32,630 nt of DNA from an uncultured Clostridium sp. (GCA_964564255.1 CAZMAZ010000004.1:1-32630), one strand, 5' to 3'; counted from the first letter of the stretch, positions 1-6,591 are shown. The notes: a model not told the origin generated them from the sequence alone. Numbers and translations are program-made.

Positions 1-146
1 CAGAATATTCAAAGAAAACGTTTTGTCCAGAGTGCAAACAAGAAACGATGAAGGAGCACGATGGAGAAATGGTTTGCGATAACTGTAATTTTGGAGCATT
101 GGAATTGCTTCAAAGAGACGAAAAAGATACCTATTACCCATGGTAA
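1..146 (+). CDS. small zinc-ribbon protein, 5' partial (runs off the window start)
   Basis: Frame 3 is open from the window edge to TAA 144-146. It translates as ...KKTFCPECKQETMKEHDGEMVCDNCNFGALELLQRDEKDTYYPW, with two CxxC knuckles. The stop overlaps the next start (ATGGTAA). It is absent from the ORF track because it is truncated. Confidence 0.45.
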   Translation, partial: EYSKKTFCPECKQETMKEHDGEMVCDNCNFGALELLQRDEKDTYYPW

Positions 147-259
147 AGAAATGTCCGGAATGTTCTTTACTATCAAAGAAGGAAAATGGAACTTGGATTT
201 GTGAAAACTGTGGTCACGGAACACTTGATTTGTTGAAGCATAAAAAGTTATGCTCATGA
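140..259 (+). CDS. small zinc-ribbon protein (39 aa), paralogue of the preceding ORF
   Basis: ATG 140 to TGA 257-259 gives MVKKCPECSLLSKKENGTWICENCGHGTLDLLKHKKLCS. It has the same CPEC...CxxCGxG...L(E/D)LL pattern as ORF 1-146. It is below the 60-aa cutoff of the ORF track. Confidence 0.45.
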   Translation: MVKKCPECSLLSKKENGTWICENCGHGTLDLLKHKKLCS

Positions 260-369
260 ACGTTTTCAGAAGACCATCAGTAGGACGTCACACATTCAAG
301 GTTGAACACACTGAAATAAAAAATCACGATTCGATTCAGGGCGATATTGAAGTTCTTCTGGTAGATTAG
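256..369 (+). CDS. possible 37-aa ORF coupled by ATGA overlap to the zinc-ribbon gene
   Basis: ATG 256 overlaps TGA 257-259 and the ORF ends at TAG 367-369 (MNVFRRPSVGRHTFKVEHTEIKNHDSIQGDIEVLLVD). The only support is the coupling geometry. It is antisense to open minus-strand segments, so it is uncertain. Confidence 0.25.
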   Translation: MNVFRRPSVGRHTFKVEHTEIKNHDSIQGDIEVLLVD

Positions 370-564
370 AAAAGAAATCCATCCAGGTTATTCTGGATTA
401 AGAATCCGATCATCAGTTTCGGATTCTCCTGGACATAAATCACCTTGAAGAAAGGTGTCTGGCACTACAAGTTGACCTTGCCGTGTAATTTCCTTTTTTA
501 AGGAATACTGAGCCAGTGATTACCACTACCGCCTTGTATTTGGTGGAGAGAAGTTTTACGGCAT

Positions 565-819
565 TTACCAAGCGTTTCCAGATGCCTCTATTAAGCCCGG
601 TCTCTGCGGAAAGATATTACTCATTGGGAACGAATTATTCATTGCTTCTTCCGAGAAAATCATATCCTCTACCGGAGTCAGGTGTTCCCCATCAAATCCG
701 CTACAGTTGTAGTCTTTAGTAAGAACAACTTCTCCGGGAACTTTCGGATCGGATTTGAATAAACTGTTACATTCTACAACTTTGTACTCGACTTCTTCGG
801 CAGTGAGGATATAACTCAC
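565..819 (-). CDS. hypothetical protein (84 aa, GTG start), possibly a remnant of a larger decayed gene
   Basis: This is an ORF-track entry with a protein-like acidic composition. It has no ATG start and no clear SD. It is flanked in the same frame by other open segments separated by stop codons (see the finding for 260-960). Confidence 0.35.
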   Translation of the reverse strand: MSYILTAEEVEYKVVECNSLFKSDPKVPGEVVLTKDYNCSGFDGEHLTPVEDMIFSEEAMNNSFPMSNIFPQRPGLIEASGNAW

Positions 820-828
820 CTACAAAGA

Positions 829-960
829 TTATTTGTGTTCTTTGGAATACCCTAAAGCAAATCCTATCCGGTTGATAACAGTATCTGTTTCTTTGGGGAT
901 TCTGTATTTTAGATCGTCTGTTTCGGAAAAACAGACGAGAAACAGTAACAATTTTTTCAT
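829..960 (-). CDS. possible 43-aa hydrophobic N-terminus peptide
   Basis: ATG at 960-958 gives MKKLLLFLVCFSETDDLKYRIPKETDTVINRIGFALGYSKEHK and ends at TAA 831-829. The N-terminus looks like a signal or TM segment, but FLVC is not a canonical lipobox. It lies in the same frame as ORF 565-819. Confidence 0.3.
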   Translation of the reverse strand: MKKLLLFLVCFSETDDLKYRIPKETDTVINRIGFALGYSKEHK

Positions 961-1106
961 TTCAAGGTACTTTCTAATAAGATATTGCTGTTCAAATAGA
1001 AAAGCAAACTCGAAACGGAAAGACTTTATATATTACTGGACATGTTGAAAAGAAAAACAAAGAATTGAATTTTTGCAAATATTTCTTCATTAAGTGATTC
1101 TGATAA

Positions 1107-1135
1107 TTGACTTTGCTATTACATGGTGATATATT
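1107..1135 (+). promoter_or_regulatory. sigma70-type promoter for the 1216-2030 cassette
   Basis: TTGACT (1107-1112), a 17-nt spacer, then TATATT (1130-1135). TG at 1127-1128 gives an extended -10. It sits about 80 nt upstream of the ATG at 1216 in an AT-rich intergenic region. Confidence 0.55.
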
Positions 1136-1215
1136 ACTATCGACTTAAGGTTAGGAAAATATATAGATGAAAATCATAAAAACAAAATTTGTTTCTATAA
1201 TAAGAGGTTGATTAT

Positions 1216-1668
1216 ATGCCAAGTGATATTAATTCAAATGACAGTGACTCAGGTAGTGTTCCTTTAGAAACATCAGGGAAAAAATCGATCAATGTGTTCT
1301 CATCTTTGCCACGGGAAATTACAGAGGATGAATTACAGAATTCGTCTGGAGCATTAAAACTACTTCTTTCTCATTATGATAGGTTGCTTTCTGAAAATGA
1401 AAAGATGAATGATATGTGCGCAGACTACCATAAAAAAGACAAAGAAAACGCAGTGTTAAATGAACGTTTATCAGAATTTAAATCAAGATGGATTTTAATC
1501 GATATTTCAAAGATGGTAGGTTCTTTGTTGATTGGCATTACCCCGTGTATATGGGATTATTCGAAAGGATTTTCTTGGTATATTATAATACTTGGAATAT
1601 TATTAATCGCCGGTTCTTTTGTTGCACAACGGTATTTTAGCTTCAAAGCAGAGGAAAATAAAAAATGA
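1216..1668 (+). CDS. membrane protein with a coiled-coil-like N-terminal half and two C-terminal TM helices
   Basis: SD AAGAGG lies 8 nt upstream. The C-terminus contains WILIDISKMVGSLLIGITPCIW and WYIIILGILLIAGSFVAQRYF hydrophobic segments. The stop overlaps the next start (ATGA). Confidence 0.7.
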   Translation: MPSDINSNDSDSGSVPLETSGKKSINVFSSLPREITEDELQNSSGALKLLLSHYDRLLSENEKMNDMCADYHKKDKENAVLNERLSEFKSRWILIDISKMVGSLLIGITPCIWDYSKGFSWYIIILGILLIAGSFVAQRYFSFKAEENKK

Positions 1669-2030
1669 TGTTGTTAGAAATACAATATATAAAAGATGCA
1701 GGAGACATTGAAAACGAAAGAATAGTAATGAAGGCATTAGCTGATTGTGATATTGGAAATTACTTTACGTTTTTGTCGCACTATGTGGATAAAACAAGCG
1801 TTTCTACAGAAGTTGTTTCGCCTTTTTGGTTTGTTAGTACAACGGTGTGTAAGGGTGATATTGTTGTAGTTTATACGAAGGAGGGAAAACGATCATCGAA
1901 AGTCAATAAAGATGGTTCAACGTCATATTTCTATTATAGAAATGAAACTCAAGCCTTATGCAAAAATGAAAATGTTTGCGCTGTATTATTAGAAGTTGCT
2001 CATTGGAAATCATCTGGTAAGAAACAATAA
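1665..2030 (+). CDS. hypothetical small beta-rich protein (121 aa), translationally coupled
   Basis: ATGA overlap with the upstream gene. The pattern ENERIVMKALADCDIGNYFTF...KGDIVVVYTKEG...NENVCAVLLEV is loosely reminiscent of lamin-tail-domain-like beta sandwiches. This was not verified. Confidence 0.65.
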   Translation: MMLLEIQYIKDAGDIENERIVMKALADCDIGNYFTFLSHYVDKTSVSTEVVSPFWFVSTTVCKGDIVVVYTKEGKRSSKVNKDGSTSYFYYRNETQALCKNENVCAVLLEVAHWKSSGKKQ

Positions 2031-2040
2031 TTTAATCGGA

Positions 2041-2175
2041 GAAGGGTAAATTCCCCGTCCCTTGGGGCGTAAAAAGATCCCGCACCGGCACGCTGCTGGG
2101 CGTGGCCCAGCAGTGAAACGCTGGTCGCGGTAACGCCGCGAAATCCCCGACACCGCGCATGCTCGTATCGCGGTT
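2041..2175 (+). ncRNA. GC-rich multi-hairpin element (candidate structured RNA or 3'UTR element), class unknown
   Basis: My hand count gives about 64% G+C over 135 nt against clearly AT-rich flanks. There are four GC stems: 2053-2056/2064-2067, 2093-2101/2105-2113 (9 bp perfect), 2126-2130/2136-2140 and 2152-2157/2169-2174. There is no SD-led ORF. Strand was assigned only from co-orientation with the upstream cassette. Confidence 0.35.
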
Positions 2176-2370
2176 ATTCAATAATAGCTTTGTTCTCGAC
2201 AGAATGGAAAAGGTTGGGGTGTTTTTGAGAAGAATTTCTGTGGGAATAACGAATCGCCACAAAGTGTCACTTGAATATGCTTATGATCATGTTTTGAGGC
2301 GGCTACGGGGCTACCAGAAATTATCTCACGGATTCAGAAAGCTGTTTTACACCTAAAGAAATCTTATAAG

Positions 2371-2712
2371 TTAAATTTTCTTAGCGAACTCCTTTTGTTC
2401 TTCAACTGTCATTTCTTCTGACACTAGATGCTCCAAAAAATACCGACAACCTTTTTTGACATGAAGGTTCTTCAAGAATATATGGCTGAAATTTATGCTT
2501 TCCGGAACGTCATGCACAGGATCACAAATAAGTTCACAAGCTCTCCTGGGAATCACGCTAAAATGATAATATTCACTTGAAGGCATATCAAAGTCTTCAT
2601 TTGTATTTCCAACAGCCAATTCTTTTCTTATTGTCAAAATTCTGCATTTTTCCTTGCAAATAAACGGATTCACAACTTTAGCCCTTTCGCTATTTTCATA
2701 AATACCATTCAT
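2371..2712 (-). CDS. hypothetical protein (113 aa)
   Basis: ORF-track entry. Its start overlaps the stop of the upstream HAD gene (ATGA at 2709-2712). It is the last gene of the long minus-strand block. Confidence 0.6.
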   Translation of the reverse strand: MNGIYENSERAKVVNPFICKEKCRILTIRKELAVGNTNEDFDMPSSEYYHFSVIPRRACELICDPVHDVPESINFSHIFLKNLHVKKGCRYFLEHLVSEEMTVEEQKEFAKKI

Positions 2713-3230
2713 TTCAGATACTCAATAGCCTTGTTTGTGATTGACTCCGTAATCCCGATATTAAAGTTAGTCTTGAAAAATTTTCCGATTTCAGACTTTA
2801 ATTCAGCTCCAGGATCGTCATCAATGATGGCGAAACGTTCGATATTCAAAGAAGAATGCTCGACGAGGTATTTCTGAATTTCTTCCCAACGTCTTCCAAG
2901 GAAAATATTGGGAGTCCTGTCAATCAAACGGTCTCCAGGCAATCCGCGACGGTCAAACATTGCCTTCGCATCGTTAAGGTTGCGGTATTTTTCGATGATT
3001 CTCCATTTCGAACTCCAAACGATGTTGCAGTCTGTCTCTTTCACGATCCTTGAGATCCGTTCTGCTAATTCAGGAATCACGAATTCCTACATCTGATCAA
3101 ATTCTTCGTAAAAAGCGTGCATGGCTTGAAGGTGATTGACCTTGTGCTCCTTCTTGTAAGTGGAAATCCAATGTCTCTGATGGTGAAAACCGTTTACGAC
3201 ACCGTCCATGTCAAGAAAAATTACCTTCAT
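2709..3230 (-). CDS. HAD-superfamily phosphatase (resembles the RNA-repair-associated HAD type), interrupted by one in-frame TAG at 3087-3089
   Basis: SD GAGGA precedes ATG 3230. The N-terminal part is MKVIFLDMDGVVNG (DxDG motif I). After ...EEFDQM-TAG-EF the same frame continues as VIPELAE...NIVWSSKWR (motif II Ser), then K and IIDDDP (motif IV). The track splits this into 3087-3308 and 2709-3080. Confidence 0.6.
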
Positions 3231-3367
3231 TTCTTTCCTCTCTTGTAATCCGGGAAGAAAATTCTGATAACCCGAGTCCCAAAGCCCACATATCGAAATT
3301 TCGTCCACTCTTCATGCTGTTTTGTTTCAGATTTGATGATTAAAAATCGTAATATTTCTTTGTATTT

Positions 3368-3562
3368 CTAGTCACTTTGATAAATCTGCCAAATAAAATC
3401 ATGATCATTTATTTTATCTACTGCTCCGTAGCCGTATTCAGGACAAATGAACGTTTTCTCTGAATCTTTCATGGGGAAATCACACTCCGGGCAAGGAACT
3501 TTCATTCCTAAACGATGAAAATAGAATACTTTCTGTGCAAAATCAAAATCCAAACGCCTCAT
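3368..3562 (-). CDS. small zinc-ribbon-like protein (64 aa)
   Basis: ATG 3562 with AAGGA upstream. It contains VPCPECDFPMKDSEKTFICPEYGYGAV and belongs to the CPxC...C..(C)GYG family, with the second knuckle partly degenerate. It ends in TAG. Confidence 0.6.
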   Translation of the reverse strand: MRRLDFDFAQKVFYFHRLGMKVPCPECDFPMKDSEKTFICPEYGYGAVDKINDHDFIWQIYQSD

Positions 3563-3573
3563 CACCGGGTCCT

Positions 3574-3769
3574 TTATTGAAAATTCCCAAGAAACATGTC
3601 ATTTTCGCATAATTCTATGACTCCGTAACCACATTTCTTGCAGACAAACTTGAAATTTATGATTTCCATCTCATTCTGACAGTCTGGACAGACAATTTTT
3701 ATGTCGTCGCAATGATAAAAAATTGTTTCCGATCACATTTCTCAGTTTGTCTATGTCTTCTCTTTCCAT
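3574..3769 (-). pseudogene. zinc-ribbon paralogue needing a +1 shift at a T6 run (frameshifted gene, programmed shift or homopolymer error)
   Basis: SD GAGG lies 6 nt before ATG 3769, and this frame stops after 32 aa. The +1 frame encodes ...YHCDDIKIVCPDCQNEMEIINFKFVCKKCGYGVIELCENDMFLGNFQ up to TAA 3576-3574, but has no start codon upstream of its first CPxC knuckle. The frames meet at the A6/T6 run 3717-3722. Confidence 0.4.
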
Positions 3770-3777
3770 TTTCTACC

Positions 3778-4125
3778 TCAAAACGGAACTTCGGAGCGAT
3801 ATCGCTCGATAGATTGTTGAGCATAGGTCAAAATCCAATCAGCATACTTGGATTGACAGCTCTTTCCTGCGATCAAGCAATTCAAAATTCTCTCGATTTC
3901 TTTCCGTTTGACTTTCGTTTTGAATTTTCTATATTTTATACTGCATTTTGCTTCAAAATCAGAACATAAATCCCTATACCACTGGCAATTCGAACTCGAA
4001 GCAACACGAATACACGCCCCAATATTAGGTGGATCGTTCTGTGGCACAAGAATTACTTTAAGATGATGTTCCATAAAGTCATAATACATATCTTGAAGGG
4101 CAAATTTCAGATGCTCTGAAAGCAT
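3778..4125 (-). CDS. hypothetical protein (115 aa)
   Basis: ORF-track entry. It is the first gene of a minus-strand unit that diverges from the plus-strand gene at 4209. Confidence 0.6.
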   Translation of the reverse strand: MLSEHLKFALQDMYYDFMEHHLKVILVPQNDPPNIGACIRVASSSNCQWYRDLCSDFEAKCSIKYRKFKTKVKRKEIERILNCLIAGKSCQSKYADWILTYAQQSIERYRSEVPF

Positions 4126-4208
4126 TTTGAGTCTCCTTTAGAACTTTTCTTTGCTTTTCCGCAGATATATGAAGTAAATTCAGAATTTTAGGAGACGACT
4201 TCATAAAA

Positions 4209-4976
4209 TTGGTAAATTTAAGGTTAGAAACATTGAAAATAGTTGAACATAATGGTGTCAGGTTGACCTTTGACCCGGAAAATCATTCTTATATCGACTC
4301 AAACGGTGTGGAATACGCTTCTGTCACGAGATTGATTAGCAGGGCTTTTCCGATTTTTGAAAAAGAAGCAATAGCAAAGAGAAAATCCGCAGAAACCGGA
4401 ATTCCTTTTCAAAATTACATTGACGAATGGGAAAAAATCGGAAAAGAAGCGGCATTTGAAGGCTCTTTGATGCACGAAATCGCTGAAAAAGTCATTCGAA
4501 AACAGGAAAAGTTCGTTCCAAGAAACCGGAATGAGAGACTCAACCTTCAAGAGATCCAAAATACAGTTTCTATCTTGGAACAACGATATTCTCTTGAACC
4601 GGAAATCATTATTTTTTCTCCGAAATACCGAGTCGCCGGAACGGTTGACTTGTTAGGATCAGGAAAAGACGGTTTTTGCATCTTCGACTGGAAAAGAATT
4701 TGCAGACTGGAACGAAGTTCTAGAAAATTCGGAACGATCCTGCCGACAATGAGGTTGATGGATTGCAATTTCGTTCATTACTCCTTACAGACTGCCTTAT
4801 ATGAGATAATCTTAAAAGAAGAGCAGTATATCCCTGCGGATTCTCAAGTAAATCGTTTCCTTTTGGTAAGAAATACGTTTGGGGGATCGTTCAATCCGAT
4901 CTGTTGTGGGGATTTTCTTTATGAAGCTCAAGAACTCCTCAAGTGGCACCGCCATTTTTCCAGTGACTATCTCTAA
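4209..4976 (+). CDS. PD-(D/E)XK nuclease (RecB/Cas4-like exonuclease fold)
   Basis: The motifs are AGTVDLL (Asp), CIFDWKR (D-x-K) and HYSLQTALYEIIL (QxxxY), in the canonical order for RecB-family nucleases. The start is uncertain, either TTG 4209 or TTG 4233. Confidence 0.65.
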   Translation: MVNLRLETLKIVEHNGVRLTFDPENHSYIDSNGVEYASVTRLISRAFPIFEKEAIAKRKSAETGIPFQNYIDEWEKIGKEAAFEGSLMHEIAEKVIRKQEKFVPRNRNERLNLQEIQNTVSILEQRYSLEPEIIIFSPKYRVAGTVDLLGSGKDGFCIFDWKRICRLERSSRKFGTILPTMRLMDCNFVHYSLQTALYEIILKEEQYIPADSQVNRFLLVRNTFGGSFNPICCGDFLYEAQELLKWHRHFSSDYL

Positions 4977-5099
4977 TGAATTTGTTTTCAGGGAAATAGG
5001 CATCCGAAGTTCTTTCTGCGAACTTTTTGAATAGTTGGAATTTTTCAATTTCACAACTTTTGCTTATAATGAACTCAAAACCAAAAAGGAAATTCGTAA

Positions 5100-5504
5100 A
5101 TGAGTGCGGAAAAAATCGACAACCTCAAAGTAGTCTTGGGACAAATGATCCGCGTCGTGAATCAGAACAAGAAAGCGTCTGAGAACGAAAAATACGTGTC
5201 GTTGCAGGTTGAAGATGAGTCTGGTAAGGAAGACACCGAACGCTGTTTGCTATTTACCGAGTCTGAAATCGAGAAAATGGAGCAAATCCAATTCCCACTC
5301 GCCCTCAAGGAGATGAAAGCAGGAAGACTTTATAAAGCCTGTATTGACAAGAAGAATACGTTCCTTGTAAAAGTTACGAATTACTTTGGCGAAGATATGA
5401 TCCTGAGAGTTTCAAACACCCAGCTTCAGCTGGCAGAAAGTCGTGGAAGTAGAAATCCCGAAGACCTTACAGAAAAGAGCTGGTGGACAGATCTTTCAGA
5501 TTAA
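5100..5504 (+). CDS. hypothetical protein (134 aa)
   Basis: ORF-track entry with AAAGGA about 9 nt upstream of the ATG. It is the second gene of a two-gene plus-strand islet. Confidence 0.65.
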   Translation: MSAEKIDNLKVVLGQMIRVVNQNKKASENEKYVSLQVEDESGKEDTERCLLFTESEIEKMEQIQFPLALKEMKAGRLYKACIDKKNTFLVKVTNYFGEDMILRVSNTQLQLAESRGSRNPEDLTEKSWWTDLSD

Positions 5505-5533
5505 AAAATATTGGTATTGTTGTTGCGTTACAA

Positions 5534-5592
5534 TCACCCTTGAGAAGTCTGGTTTGTTTGAGCCATGGGTTGGATTTCTCAAGGGTATCTTT
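5534..5592 (+). terminator. possible terminator hairpin at the convergent junction
   Basis: ACCCTTGAG (5534-5542) pairs with CTCAAGGGT (5576-5584) and is followed by ATCTTTTT. The loop is large at 33 nt, so this is only a weak intrinsic-terminator call. Confidence 0.3.
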
Positions 5593-5805
5593 TTACTTCC
5601 CATTCAATTCATCATTCTTTGAGGCATCAGAATGATCACTCCAAGAAAAAGACTTCCCTGGACAATTAGGATTAGGGCAGATTAGCATATTGAAAGCCGA
5701 ACTCCACATTAAGTATTGACCACAATGTTTGCAATATTGTTGATTGAAAAATCCAGAATCAACAAAAAACTGCATGATTGGTTTTACGGCTAATGTGTCT
5801 GACAT
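5593..5805 (-). CDS. small zinc-ribbon protein (70 aa)
   Basis: A strong SD GGAGGA lies 7 nt before ATG 5805 (MSDTLAV...). It contains CKHCGQYLMWSSAFNMLICPNPNC. It overlaps the 3' end of the upstream gene by 47 nt. The track ORF start at 5835 is probably too long. Confidence 0.55.
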   Translation of the reverse strand: MSDTLAVKPIMQFFVDSGFFNQQYCKHCGQYLMWSSAFNMLICPNPNCPGKSFSWSDHSDASKNDELNGK

Positions 5806-6094
5806 TATTTTCTTCCTCCAATACGAACTCTTCACAAGGGAGTCCGTTGAAATTTATTTTCTGTTCAACAGAAACAAGGAAATCTTCATCTATGCTTGGT
5901 TCTTGCAGAATAGAAATCAAACCACTACCACAGTTTGAACACACCGTCTTAAGAGTTCCAATATCAACAAGACTATCCACTGTCCCACAATCCGGGCAAA
6001 TTCCTTCTTTGAATTTTGCGATAAGTTCTCCTATTTCGTCCCAGACCTTCTCAAATTCCAAGATCATTTCGCTGTCTTCGAGATCATTGTTCAT
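5759..6094 (-). CDS. zinc-ribbon protein (111 aa)
   Basis: SD AAAGGA precedes ATG 6094. It contains ICPDCGTVDSLVDIGTLKTVCSNCGSGLISIL and belongs to the same family as the other CPxC ribbons. Confidence 0.6.
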   Translation of the reverse strand: MNNDLEDSEMILEFEKVWDEIGELIAKFKEGICPDCGTVDSLVDIGTLKTVCSNCGSGLISILQEPSIDEDFLVSVEQKINFNGLPCEEFVLEEENNVRHISRKTNHAVFC

Positions 6095-6587
6095 TCTTGT
6101 TCCTTTCGTAATTTTCCCGACACTCTTTGCAATTTGGAGTAGAGTCCAAAAGATCGCAATTCATTCCCGGAGGACATTCTGCATCTTGTTTGAAACGTTT
6201 CTTTGCAATTTCAATATGAGTCATTGCTTCTCTGATATTCCATTCTATAATCGCATCCAGAGCGTCGTCGAACAACTCACATGAATTTTCTTTAATAAAT
6301 TCCAATTCCGCTTGGTCGTTGTCTTCTGTGCAAATCAAAGAACTTGGACAAACCATGAAGAACTTTCCCGCAATAGAATTATACCGCAGCTGTGGATTAC
6401 ACTGGCAAGCGATTTCCGAACAAGGGAGAACATAGTAACGGTAGTTTACGCTCTCAATGAAAACATCTAACGGATTTTCTTTACTCTGCATGAGTAAAAT
6501 GCTGTTCCCGTCCGGTCGATTCCAATGGTGAAAGTAGAAAGTCTCACTTTCTTTAGTATTTACGTTTTCTTTAGGAATAAAAATCAT
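6084..6587 (-). CDS. Cys-rich protein with a Lar-like (restriction-alleviation) zinc-ribbon signature
   Basis: It contains LPCSEIACQC...FMVCPSSLIC followed by DALDAIIEWNIRE. This matches the C..C/C..C plus A(I/L)xxWNxR signature of the Rac-prophage Lar family as I recall it. The SD overlaps the rtcB stop. Confidence 0.55.
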   Translation of the reverse strand: MIFIPKENVNTKESETFYFHHWNRPDGNSILLMQSKENPLDVFIESVNYRYYVLPCSEIACQCNPQLRYNSIAGKFFMVCPSSLICTEDNDQAELEFIKENSCELFDDALDAIIEWNIREAMTHIEIAKKRFKQDAECPPGMNCDLLDSTPNCKECRENYERNKNEQ

Positions 6588-6591
6588 ACGT

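Noticed and set aside
9-257. Minus-strand 82-aa ORF at the window start.
   Set aside because: It is antisense to two overlapping plus-strand ORFs that each encode a clean two-knuckle zinc ribbon with paralogues elsewhere in the window. The minus product has no features.
2041-2175. A CRISPR array or mini-array.
   Set aside because: The four hairpins differ in sequence and there are no direct repeats with regular spacers. No cas genes are in the window. Only a single repeat-like unit (a stem plus TGAAAC) is present, and I kept that as a hypothesis under findings.
2032-2356. Track ORFs 2032-2262 (minus, 76 aa) and 2159-2356 (plus, 65 aa) inside the non-coding gap.
   Set aside because: Both run through the GC-rich hairpins and lack SD sequences. 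The plus ORF's ATG sits inside a stem. Their Pro/Arg-rich or basic composition is what GC-rich structured DNA gives when translated. I treat them as non-coding.
2031-2370. A tRNA, tmRNA or tRNA-derived att core in the non-coding gap.
   Set aside because: On neither strand could I find a T-loop (GTTCRANYC) with a 5-bp stem, a 7-bp acceptor pairing or a CCA-proximal end. tmRNA-like 5' GGGG / 3' T-arm features are also absent. This needs tRNAscan or Aragorn for certainty.
4812-5054. Minus-strand 80-aa ORF between the nuclease gene and gene 5100-5504.
   Set aside because: Most of it is antisense to the 3' end of the PD-(D/E)XK nuclease gene. It would sit alone against the local plus-strand transcription, and it has no SD.
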